Shown here: positions 6,488 to 13,567 of the stretch, in pieces
Numbering within the stretch: the first letter of the stretch is position 1
Layout: every line of letters starts with the position of its first letter
Virus record (IMG/VR): IMGVR_UViG_3300033067_001437
Span: 1 to 31,001 of that record
Strand: one strand, 5' to 3'
Source: a virus
Taxonomy: Duplodnaviria; Caudoviricetes
Length of the DNA stretch: 31,001 nt
The notes under the pieces: generated by a model
Databases searched by the model: none
What the model was told of the DNA's origin: nothing
What the model saw: the letters and a program-made list of their open reading frames with translations, nothing else
Translations under genes and position numbers: made by a program

Positions 6488-7890
6488 GCGCCAAGGCCCC
6501 CATGACTGTGCGAACTCTTGATCTGGTCGTGCCGCTGGCCCACGAGGCCACCGACATGCGCATCACGGAAAGCGGCGGCGGTGTCCGCGACCGCTCCGGC
6601 GCAGTTTCCCCGCTGATCGGCACCCGCCTTCGGCTGGGCGACGTGGATAGCACGACAGGATGCAGCACGCAGCCAATTCGGACTATGCCTGGTACCAGAA
6701 CTTCAACAACGGCAACCAGAACAACTACAACACGAACAACAAGCTGCGCGCCCGCGCCGTCCGCAGATGAAGCGCGGTGCCCCCAGGCCGACTTTCCTTT
6801 CTCCGAACTGGTCGACGCCTACTTCGACTGCCGCCGGGCCAAGCGCAACAGCATCAGCGCCCTGGCCTTCGAGGCCCAGCTCGAGCGCAACCTGTGCGAC
6901 CTTCACGACGAGCTCCACGGCGGCACCTATCGGCCCGGCCGCAGCGTCTGTTTCGTCATCATCCGGCCGAAGCCGCGGGAGGTCTGGGCCGCTGAATTCC
7001 GTGATCGGGTGGTCCACCACCTGTTCTACAACCGGATCGCCCCGCGCTTCTACGCCCGCTTCATCGCCGACAGCTGCGCCTGCATCCCAGGGCGCGGCAC
7101 CCTGTACGCCGCCCAGCGCCTCGAAGCCAAGGTGCGCAGCATCACCGAGAACTGGCGCCGGCCGGCCTGGTACCTGAAGCTCGACCTAGCCAATTTCTTC
7201 GTCAGCATCGACAAGCACATCCTGGCCGGCCAGCTGGCCCGGCATATTCCGGAGCCCTGGTGGCGGCACCTGGGCGAGACCATCCTCTATCACGACCCGC
7301 GCCAGGACTTCGAATACCGGGGCCCGGCGCACCTGCTCGAGCGCGTGCCGCCTCACAAGCGGCTGACCAGCCAGCCAGCCCACCTGGGCCTGCCCATCGG
7401 CAACCTGTCGAGCCAGTTCTTTGCCAACGTCCATCTCGACGCCCTGGACCAGCACGTCAAGCACCGCATCGGCGCCCGGCACTACATCCGCTACGTCGAT
7501 GACTTCATCCTGCTGCACGAATCTCCCCAGTGGCTCAACGCCGCCCGAGAGCAGATCGAAGCGTTTCTGTCCGATCGGCTGCATGCCCGGCTGAACCCCG
7601 CCAAGACGGTGCTGCAACCGATTGCCCGCTGCGTCGACTTCGTTGGCCACGTCATCCGGCCCTGGCATCGCACCACCCGACCGCGCACCGTCGGCGAGGC
7701 CGTGCGCCGCGTGGCCACCCTCGACGCTGCCGCCCTGTTCGAAACCGCTAACAGCTACTTCGGCCTACTCCGTCAGGCCAGCCACAGCCACCACGACCGG
7801 GCCCGTCTCGCCAATGCCCTTCGCCGCCGTGGCCACTGCATTGCCGGAGACCTGACCAAGACGTACAGGAGATCGACTTGCTCCAACTGA
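6484..7890 (+). CDS. DGR reverse transcriptase (start uncertain; in-frame ATGs include 6484 and 6685)
   Basis: FRDRVVHH, LKLDLANFFVSID, GLPIGNLSSQFFAN and YIRYVDDF motifs. Confidence 0.93.
   Translation: MSAKAPMTVRTLDLVVPLAHEATDMRITESGGGVRDRSGAVSPLIGTRLRLGDVDSTTGCSTQPIRTMPGTRTSTTATRTTTTRTTSCAPAPSADEARCPQADFPFSELVDAYFDCRRAKRNSISALAFEAQLERNLCDLHDELHGGTYRPGRSVCFVIIRPKPREVWAAEFRDRVVHHLFYNRIAPRFYARFIADSCACIPGRGTLYAAQRLEAKVRSITENWRRPAWYLKLDLANFFVSIDKHILAGQLARHIPEPWWRHLGETILYHDPRQDFEYRGPAHLLERVPPHKRLTSQPAHLGLPIGNLSSQFFANVHLDALDQHVKHRIGARHYIRYVDDFILLHESPQWLNAAREQIEAFLSDRLHARLNPAKTVLQPIARCVDFVGHVIRPWHRTTRPRTVGEAVRRVATLDAAALFETANSYFGLLRQASHSHHDRARLANALRRRGHCIAGDLTKTYRRSTCSN
6662..6768 (+). ncRNA. DGR template repeat (TR), core of the DGR RNA
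   Basis: AAC-rich copy of both VRs (9 AAC plus 1 AAT codons in the target frame, 34 A) located between avd and the RT core. Confidence 0.95.
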
Positions 7891-9578
7891 ACCTAGACGT
7901 CCACGACGAGATCGTCATCGACAACTTCGCCGGCGGTGGCGGTGCCTCTCATGGCATAGAGGCTGCCATCGGGCGCCGGATCGACGTGGCCATCAACCAC
8001 GACCCGGAAGCGATTGCAGTCCACCGGGCAAATCACCCGGAAACCGAGCACCACTGCGAATCCGTGTGGGAGGTGGATCCGCGCACCGTCAAGCCTGGCC
8101 GCCCCATTGGCCTGCTATGGCTGTCTCCGGACTGCAAGCACTTCAGCAAGGCCAAAGGCGGAAAGCCGGTGGAGAAGAACATCCGCGGCCTCGCCTGGGT
8201 CGCGCTGCGCTGGGCGGCGATCCGCAAGCCCCGCGTGATCATGCTCGAGAACGTGGAGGAATTCGTCACCTGGGGGCCGCTGACCGAAGGCCCGGACGGC
8301 AAGATGCGCCCCTGCCCGAAGCGCAAGGGCCGGGAGTTCAACGCCTTCCGCAATGCCCTGCAGCGGCACGGCTACCAGGTGGAGTTCCGCGAGCTGCGGG
8401 CCTGCGACTACGGCGCGCCGACGATCCGCAAGCGCCTGTTCCTGATCGCCCGGCGCGACGGGCAGCCGATCGTCTGGCCGGCGCCGACCCATGGCGACCC
8501 AAAGAGCGCGGCCGTCAAGTCCGGCAAGCTCCGGCCGTGGCGCACGGCAGCCGAGTGCATCGACTGGTCGCTGGATTGCCCCTCCATTTTCGAGCGCACC
8601 CGGCCGCTGGCCGACGCCACCTGTCGGCGGATTGCCAAGGGGATCATGCGCTACGTGATCAATGCGGCCGAGCCGTTCATCGTCAATACGCGGAATGGAG
8701 AACGAGAAGGTCAGGCGCCGCGCACCAGGGGAATCGGAGATCCATTCTGGACGATCACCGCGCAGGGATCCCAGCATGCTGTGGTAGCTCCGGTACTTAC
8801 CGAGCACGCCAACGCCTCAAGCCCGCGCAGCTGGTCTCCTGAAGATCCACTGAGGACGATCTGCGCGCAGACCAAGGGAGGTCACCATGCCCTGGTCACC
8901 GCCTTCCTGGCCAAGCACTTCACCGGCGTGGTCGGCAGCGACCTGCGGCAGCCCGCGGCCACCGTGACAGCCGTGGACCACCATAGCCTGGTGGCAGCCA
9001 ATCTGGTGCACATGGGCCACGGCGAGCAATCCGCCTCCGGAGCGAAGCGCTGGAGCCACGGAGTGCGTGATGCCGAGGTTCCGCTCAACACCATCACAGC
9101 CAACGGCATCCCGGCCGGAATAGTCACCAGCAACCTGGTCAAGCTCAAAGGAACCTGCAAGGACGGCCAACCCGTAACCGAGCCTATCCACACAATCCAG
9201 GCCAGCGGGAACCACTACGCCGAGGTCCGCGCATTCCTCACGGCCTACTACGGCGTCGACCAAGATCCGCGCCTTGAAGACCCTATGCATACGGTCACGG
9301 CCAAGGACAGATTCGGCTTGGTCACCGTCTCCGGACAGGACTACGCCATCGCCGACATCGGCCTGCGCATGCTCGCACCGAAGGAGCTATTCAAGGCCCA
9401 GGGGTTCCCGGCCGGCTACATCTTCGAGTGGGGTATCGACGAGGACGGCCGGCGGATCGCCCTGACCAAATCCACCCAGGTCCGCCTGGTCGGAAACAGC
9501 GTCTGCCCGCCGCTGGCCGATGCGCTGGTCCGGGAGAACCTTCCGGAGATGAGCATCCAGAAGCGGAGAGCCGCATGA
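7878..9578 (+). CDS. C5 cytosine DNA methyltransferase (orphan, phage type)
   Basis: DNFAGGGG (motif I), SPDC (IV), MLENV (VI), RKRLF (VIII), VGNSV (X); AGGAG RBS before TTG. Confidence 0.92.
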   Translation: MLQLNLDVHDEIVIDNFAGGGGASHGIEAAIGRRIDVAINHDPEAIAVHRANHPETEHHCESVWEVDPRTVKPGRPIGLLWLSPDCKHFSKAKGGKPVEKNIRGLAWVALRWAAIRKPRVIMLENVEEFVTWGPLTEGPDGKMRPCPKRKGREFNAFRNALQRHGYQVEFRELRACDYGAPTIRKRLFLIARRDGQPIVWPAPTHGDPKSAAVKSGKLRPWRTAAECIDWSLDCPSIFERTRPLADATCRRIAKGIMRYVINAAEPFIVNTRNGEREGQAPRTRGIGDPFWTITAQGSQHAVVAPVLTEHANASSPRSWSPEDPLRTICAQTKGGHHALVTAFLAKHFTGVVGSDLRQPAATVTAVDHHSLVAANLVHMGHGEQSASGAKRWSHGVRDAEVPLNTITANGIPAGIVTSNLVKLKGTCKDGQPVTEPIHTIQASGNHYAEVRAFLTAYYGVDQDPRLEDPMHTVTAKDRFGLVTVSGQDYAIADIGLRMLAPKELFKAQGFPAGYIFEWGIDEDGRRIALTKSTQVRLVGNSVCPPLADALVRENLPEMSIQKRRAA

Positions 9579-9859
9579 CCCTGCACCCATCCATGACCAT
9601 CGTCGGCCAACTTCAGGCCCACCACAACCCGTCACCAGCCGCCCATGGCGAACCCAAGGTGCCGACCATTCGACGCTCAGCGGAGATTCGCGGACAGGTG
9701 CTCGCTGCACTCAAGGAAGGCCCGGCATCCGTGACCGAGATCGCCTGGGATCTGGATGTCTCGGAGGCGACGGTGTACTCGCACATCGGCAAGTTGGTCG
9801 ATGCGGAGACCGTCCGGAGGATCAATGGGCGGCCGGTGAGGTACGAGGTGAAACCATGA
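9575..9859 (+). CDS. Winged-HTH protein
   Basis: LKEGPASVTEIAWDLDVSEATVYSHIGKL; ATGA overlap with the methyltransferase. Confidence 0.7.
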   Translation: MTLHPSMTIVGQLQAHHNPSPAAHGEPKVPTIRRSAEIRGQVLAALKEGPASVTEIAWDLDVSEATVYSHIGKLVDAETVRRINGRPVRYEVKP

Positions 9860-10158
9860 GCAATTGGCAAACGACAAACGACGTTCTGGCCAAGCTATTC
9901 AACCTTCCACGCCTGACCAAGCGCGCCGTCATTGTGTTGCGCGGAGATGGTCCACCGAGCATTCGTGTGACGCGCCTCCTCCTAGATAAGGACGATGTCC
10001 GCCAGGTCACGGAGAGATTCGAATTGCGAAAAGTAGGCGCTGGCGAGACGGCACCATGCCATGTATGCGGATGGAAAGATGGCTACCACGACAAACGTTG
10101 CAGTGGGTATCTGGTTGATCCTGAGACGGGCGAGCCAATACCGACGCATAACGTCTAA
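9856..10158 (+). CDS. Hypothetical protein; stop codon lies inside attC-A
   Basis: GAGGTG RBS, ATGA overlap; ends ...THNV* across GCATAAC. Confidence 0.6.
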   Translation: MSNWQTTNDVLAKLFNLPRLTKRAVIVLRGDGPPSIRVTRLLLDKDDVRQVTERFELRKVGAGETAPCHVCGWKDGYHDKRCSGYLVDPETGEPIPTHNV

Positions 10159-10212
10159 ATTAACCGGCTCGCGGGCCTTATCCGCGAGTCCGGGTTGAAT
10201 GCGGGGTTATGC
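10146..10212 (-). repeat. attC site A (67 bp)
   Basis: Minus strand GCATAAC-CCCGC-ATT[C]AAC[C]CGG[A]CTCGCGG...CCGCGAGCCGGTTAAT-TTAGAC-GTTATGC: R and L boxes with extrahelical bases. Confidence 0.88.
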
Positions 10213-10236
10213 CTCGCCAACTTACGGAGAACGGAA

Positions 10237-10440
10237 ATGGCAAAGGTGAACATTTCAGTGGAAAGCGTGACGGACATGCAGCCAGTCCGGTTTAGCAGGC
10301 TGGCAATAGAGATAGGTTGTTCTATGAGCGAAGGACAAATGCTAGACGCGCTCAGGAGCTTTCTGGAAAACGTGACCGACGCCACTTGGTACGAATGGCT
10401 CAAGGAACTGGCCCCGGAGTACCTGAAAGACGAAGAGTGA
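10237..10440 (+). CDS. Cassette 3 ORF, hypothetical (67 aa)
   Basis: GGAG RBS, ATG 10237; fills the space between attC-A and attC-B. Confidence 0.7.
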   Translation: MAKVNISVESVTDMQPVRFSRLAIEIGCSMSEGQMLDALRSFLENVTDATWYEWLKELAPEYLKDEE

Positions 10441-10441
10441 G

Positions 10442-10498
10442 GCATAACGCTAGGTTAAGCGGCGCCGGCACGGCGTCCGCTTGAACCGCCAGTTCGGC
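10442..10498 (-). repeat. attC site B (57 bp)
   Basis: Minus strand GCCGAAC-TGGCG-GTT[C]AAGCGG[A]CGCCG-TGC-CGGCGCCGCTTAAC-CTAGC-GTTATGC, the short classical attC architecture. Confidence 0.92.
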
Positions 10499-10505
10499 TT
10501 CACTG

Positions 10506-10922
10506 GTGAACGAAGCCAAAACACTTGGAGAACTACGAATGCTGAACATGCAAGCCCTGATCGACGGCATGAACGCGCACAGTCAGCGCGAGCGCGCCGC
10601 CACACAACTGACCCTTGGCGCGCTGATTGCGGCGCTGGAGAAGATGCCGGCCGACGCCCAGGTGGCGAACCTGCGCGACCCGGACAGCTACCGAGGCTAC
10701 TACTCCGACCTGTACTTCGAGCGCTGCGACGGGACGCGCCCGGCCGCTGAACTGCTGGCCGAGTGCAAGGCTGCGATGGGGCAGGTGTTCACTGGCTACA
10801 AGGGCGGCGACTTCGTGATGGGAGCGCTGACGCCGCTGTGGGTGGCAAGCTACGGAAGCTGCGGGCCGAAATTGATGGCTGTGCACGCTGGCGGCGAACT
10901 GGAAACGGCCGAGGACGAGTGA
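10506..10922 (+). CDS. Cassette 2 ORF, hypothetical phage-like protein
   Basis: Fills attC-B to attC-C; SYRGYYSDL...FTGYKGGDF; true start may be 10539 or 10548. Confidence 0.75.
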   Translation: MNEAKTLGELRMLNMQALIDGMNAHSQRERAATQLTLGALIAALEKMPADAQVANLRDPDSYRGYYSDLYFERCDGTRPAAELLAECKAAMGQVFTGYKGGDFVMGALTPLWVASYGSCGPKLMAVHAGGELETAEDE

Positions 10923-10923
10923 A

Positions 10924-10995
10924 GCCGAACGACCAAGGTAACGGGCCGAGGCAAGCGCAGCTTGCCGAAGGTCCGCGTTGACCGCCGGGTTAGCC
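10924..10995 (-). repeat. attC site C (72 bp)
   Basis: Minus strand GGCTAAC-CCGGC-GGT[C]AACG[C]GG[A]CC...GGCAAGC-TGC-GCTTGCC...GGCCCGTTACC-TTGGTC-GTTCGGC. Confidence 0.88.
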
Positions 10996-11008
10996 GGCAT
11001 GAGCACAA

Positions 11009-11476
11009 ATGGCAACTGAATATAAGGCCTGCCCAAAGTGCAAGCGGACACTCCTTCGAACGGAGTGGTTCTACCGCCGGAAGTCGGGTGAGCGCATGCG
11101 TTGGGAAAGCTATTGTAAGGACTGTTGTCGAGCGGCCAATGGGAAGGGCGGGAAGAACTACGAAAAGGCAAAGGAGCGCCACCGTTCCTGGTATCACAGC
11201 AATCGAACAGACCAACTAGAAAAAAATAGGATGCGCCAAGTTTCCATCACCCAGCGCAGGAAAGAAGAAGGATATTTCACTGAACAAGCACGGAGAGGAA
11301 GAGAAGCTCTGTCGACCGGATACGTAAAGAGCCTGTTCAGGTATTCAGTACCCAGGGACTTGGTCTCCGACGACATGGTGAATTTGAAACGAATGCACAT
11401 TGAAGTTAAGCGAGCGCGCAAGCTCATAACCAACGAACTGGAGAAGATCAATGAAACCAGCAAAGACAACACTTGA
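11009..11476 (+). CDS. Cassette 1 ORF a, basic protein with CxxC...CxxC zinc ribbon
   Basis: CPKC...CKDC; visibly AT-richer than the backbone. Confidence 0.7.
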   Translation: MATEYKACPKCKRTLLRTEWFYRRKSGERMRWESYCKDCCRAANGKGGKNYEKAKERHRSWYHSNRTDQLEKNRMRQVSITQRRKEEGYFTEQARRGREALSTGYVKSLFRYSVPRDLVSDDMVNLKRMHIEVKRARKLITNELEKINETSKDNT

Positions 11477-11741
11477 AGCCTTGGAAGATATGAAGGCCGT
11501 TGAGACTCAGGGCGACCTACGCCGGATAGTTGCTAACAGCCTTTTGGCATTGGCGCGCAAGGAGATCAGCGCGACAGATGTTGAAGCGATGGCGAAGGGG
11601 CTCGATTCAATTAGCAACAGCCTCAACGCCGAAATAAAGGTGGCAAAGACAAGCATCGAGTTGCGAGAAAAGGGCGCGAGCCTTGGTGCCGTTACGCATC
11701 TTGGCCGCATGCTCATCGGGGATGCCAAGGATGCCGGCTAA
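11451..11741 (+). CDS. Cassette 1 ORF b, hypothetical helical protein
   Basis: GGAG RBS; TAA stop lies within the GGCTAAC core. Confidence 0.7.
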   Translation: MKPAKTTLEALEDMKAVETQGDLRRIVANSLLALARKEISATDVEAMAKGLDSISNSLNAEIKVAKTSIELREKGASLGAVTHLGRMLIGDAKDAG

Positions 11742-11773
11742 CTCAAATTCTCCGACACCAGGTGACGGTTAAC
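11736..11773 (-). other. Putative attI site
   Basis: Minus-strand core GTTAGCC with no attC hairpin, a second GTTAACC 24 nt upstream, located just 5' of intI. Confidence 0.7.
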
Positions 11774-12229
11774 ACACCACGAACACCCGTGGAGGCGCAC
11801 AAATGCTGACACTCGACAGAACAAACGCGACACAGGAGCCGGCGTTATACGACACGCCGCCGGCTCGGCAACAGCCGAAGCTGCTCGACCGCATGCGTGA
11901 GGCGATCAGGGTCAAGCACTACAGCCTGGCCACGGAGCGCACCTACATCCACTGGGCGAAGCGCTTCATCTACTTTCACGGGAAGCGCCACCCGGCAGCG
12001 ATGGGCGCCCAGGAAGTCGAAGCATTCCTGTCAGCGCTGGCGACGGAGTTGACCGTCAGCGCCAGCACACAGAACCAGGCCATGCACGCCCTGCTGTTCC
12101 TGTACAAGGAAGTCCTGCACATCACCCTTCCCTGGCTGGACAACATCACCAGAGCCAAGGTATCGAAGCGGCTTCCGTCGGTTCTCACGGTTTCCGAGGT
12201 TCAAGCGCTGCTGCGAAGACTGCCCAACG

Positions 12230-12269
12230 ACGGCAGGGGTCACTGGTTCGATCCCAGTACCGCCCACCA
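12230..12269 (+). other. 3' half of a tRNA (Val-like), phage att core
   Basis: ACGGCAGGGGTCACTGGTTCGATCCCAGTACCGCCCACCA contains the T-arm ACTGG-TTCGATC-CCAGT, acceptor strand and CCA; the 5' half is absent. Confidence 0.85.
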
Positions 12270-12300
12270 AAATCAAGCACTTACGGTGCCCGTCCAAGGA

Positions 12301-12369
12301 AGCTATGGCGCAAAAACCGCCATAATCAGGCCAAAACCGCGCTGTTACGCCATAGTTCACGCCATAGCT
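12301..12369. repeat. Four CGCCATA(G/A) repeats, putative integrase arm-type sites
   Basis: 12301-12310 (inverted), 12318-12327, 12348-12357 and 12360-12369, next to the att core. Confidence 0.6.
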
Positions 12370-12373
12370 GGCG

Positions 12374-12796
12374 CTACTGGCTGATGTCGTACAGCTGCCC
12401 CGGCGTCACCCGGTGAAGGGCCCCCTCTCTGACGTACCGAGTACCCCCGGCCAGAGCGGACAGGATGGGCATCTCGCTGCAGAAATCCCGGCTGTTGGCC
12501 TGCCATTGGCGCTGCTGGAAGGCGATGGCCAGCAGGCCACCCAGGTCGTAGAGGTTGCCGATCCGGCTGCGCACCCAGCGCTCCGCCGCGGCCTCGTTCT
12601 GACAGGGAAGCTCGGCGAGCTCCCAGCGCGGGTAGTGCGCCTTGAAGTTTTCCAGGCCGATGCTGCGTACCCGGGGCCAGTGCGCCTCAATCACTTCCTG
12701 TCCGTACACGATGCCCACGTGCGACCAGTTGGACATGGTGGCCAGCCGGATGGTCAGGCTTCCAAGGGTCGGGGCGGCGCCGAAGATGAGGCGCAT
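12374..12796 (-). CDS. Permuted papain-like (YiiX/YaeF, NlpC/P60) protein
   Basis: WSHVGI...IEA...YD...FCSE, His-before-Cys order. Confidence 0.8.
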   Translation of the reverse strand: MRLIFGAAPTLGSLTIRLATMSNWSHVGIVYGQEVIEAHWPRVRSIGLENFKAHYPRWELAELPCQNEAAAERWVRSRIGNLYDLGGLLAIAFQQRQWQANSRDFCSEMPILSALAGGTRYVREGALHRVTPGQLYDISQ

Positions 12797-13194
12797 CAGT
12801 GCGGCCCGAAATCGAAACCCTGGGCCTGACCCAGGTTGGGCCCATTCACTCCGGCCGCGCTGGCCTTGTCGCCTTGAATCCGGAACGTGATGCTGAACCG
12901 GCCATTTCCCTTGAAGCCAAACCCGGACTGCCAGTAGGCCCGCGGGCCCTCTGCTGCCCAGCGGAGCATCCAGTACAGTCCGAACGGCCAGAGCAAACGG
13001 ATGAAGAAGATGGCATTAAAGAACAGGGCCTGATCGCTGCACAGGCGCGGGGTGAAGACCCACCGTCCGTCCTCCTTGAAGATCCAGGCGACGGCGACCG
13101 AGCGCATGGAGTCCTCATCGACGGTCAGCAGGTTTCCCAGCTTCCACATCAGCCAGGACTCGCCCGGGTGGCGCTCTTCCACGATCTTGGTCAT
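12796..13194 (-). CDS. Hypothetical protein
   Basis: Coupled ORF in the late operon. Confidence 0.65.
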   Translation of the reverse strand: MTKIVEERHPGESWLMWKLGNLLTVDEDSMRSVAVAWIFKEDGRWVFTPRLCSDQALFFNAIFFIRLLWPFGLYWMLRWAAEGPRAYWQSGFGFKGNGRFSITFRIQGDKASAAGVNGPNLGQAQGFDFGPH

Positions 13195-13565
13195 GGCTTG
13201 TAGACCTCGGTGGCGGTCGGCTTGGTGTTGAGGATCGCTGCCTTATCGACGGCGAATCCCTTGCTGATCAGCAGGTCCATGGCCGCGCCGATGTCGGCCG
13301 CCCGGCCGCGCAGATCGATGTACTGCCGCACCGTGCAGTCGGTGATCACGGCCTGCACCAGGGGGTCGGTCGAGGCCAGGATGGGCCACTTCTGCGCAGC
13401 GAATCTATCGAAGAACGCACCCCGGCTGATGTGCCAGTCCTCGGCCCGCTCGGGCTCAGGGACCGGGGCCGCCCGGTAGTGCGGGTAGTTCTCCGCCATC
13501 CAGGCCTCGTCGGCCATCACTGCGCCGGTGACGTTTCCAGCTTCATCAAGGATTTCGTAGCGCAT
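13191..13565 (-). CDS. Hypothetical tail-associated protein
   Basis: Follows the Gly-rich tail gene; ATG 13565 chosen. Confidence 0.6.
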   Translation of the reverse strand: MRYEILDEAGNVTGAVMADEAWMAENYPHYRAAPVPEPERAEDWHISRGAFFDRFAAQKWPILASTDPLVQAVITDCTVRQYIDLRGRAADIGAAMDLLISKGFAVDKAAILNTKPTATEVYKP

Positions 13566-13567
13566 GA

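Larger units (their letters stand above)
5073..7890 (+). mobile_element. Diversity-generating retroelement: target1-target2-avd-TR-RT
   Basis: All components present, with A-specific VR/TR differences. Confidence 0.95.
11803..12384 (+). pseudogene. intI: Integron integrase, N-terminal about 143 aa only; truncated at about 12230
   Basis: LLDRMREAIRVKHYSLATERTYIHW...HP..MG..EVEAFLS.LA...VSASTQNQA..ALLFLY...LPSVLT is the IntI N-terminal signature; no catalytic R-H-R-Y domain follows. Confidence 0.88.

Noticed and set aside
6697-6742. AAC microsatellite
   Set aside because: It is explained as the Asn-codon-rich DGR template repeat
6484-7890. RT as group II intron, retron or Abi RT
   Set aside because: avd, TR/VR pairs and the GNLxSQ motif identify a DGR RT; no maturase or endonuclease domain is seen
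10146-11742. Spaced palindromes read as a CRISPR array, REP elements or terminators
   Set aside because: Units differ in sequence, are separated by whole genes, lack U-tracts and show attC box and bulge structure
11742-11835. LexA box upstream of intI
   Set aside because: No CTGT-N8-ACAG was found; CTGACACTCGACAG has the wrong spacing and lies inside the ORF
12200-12269. Intact tRNA gene
   Set aside because: There is no D-arm or 5' acceptor strand; the upstream sequence is intI coding and the loop lacks U33
11803-12384. Functional phage integrase
   Set aside because: The sequence is IntI-type, lacks the catalytic domain, and its last 50 or so codons are read-through of att DNA
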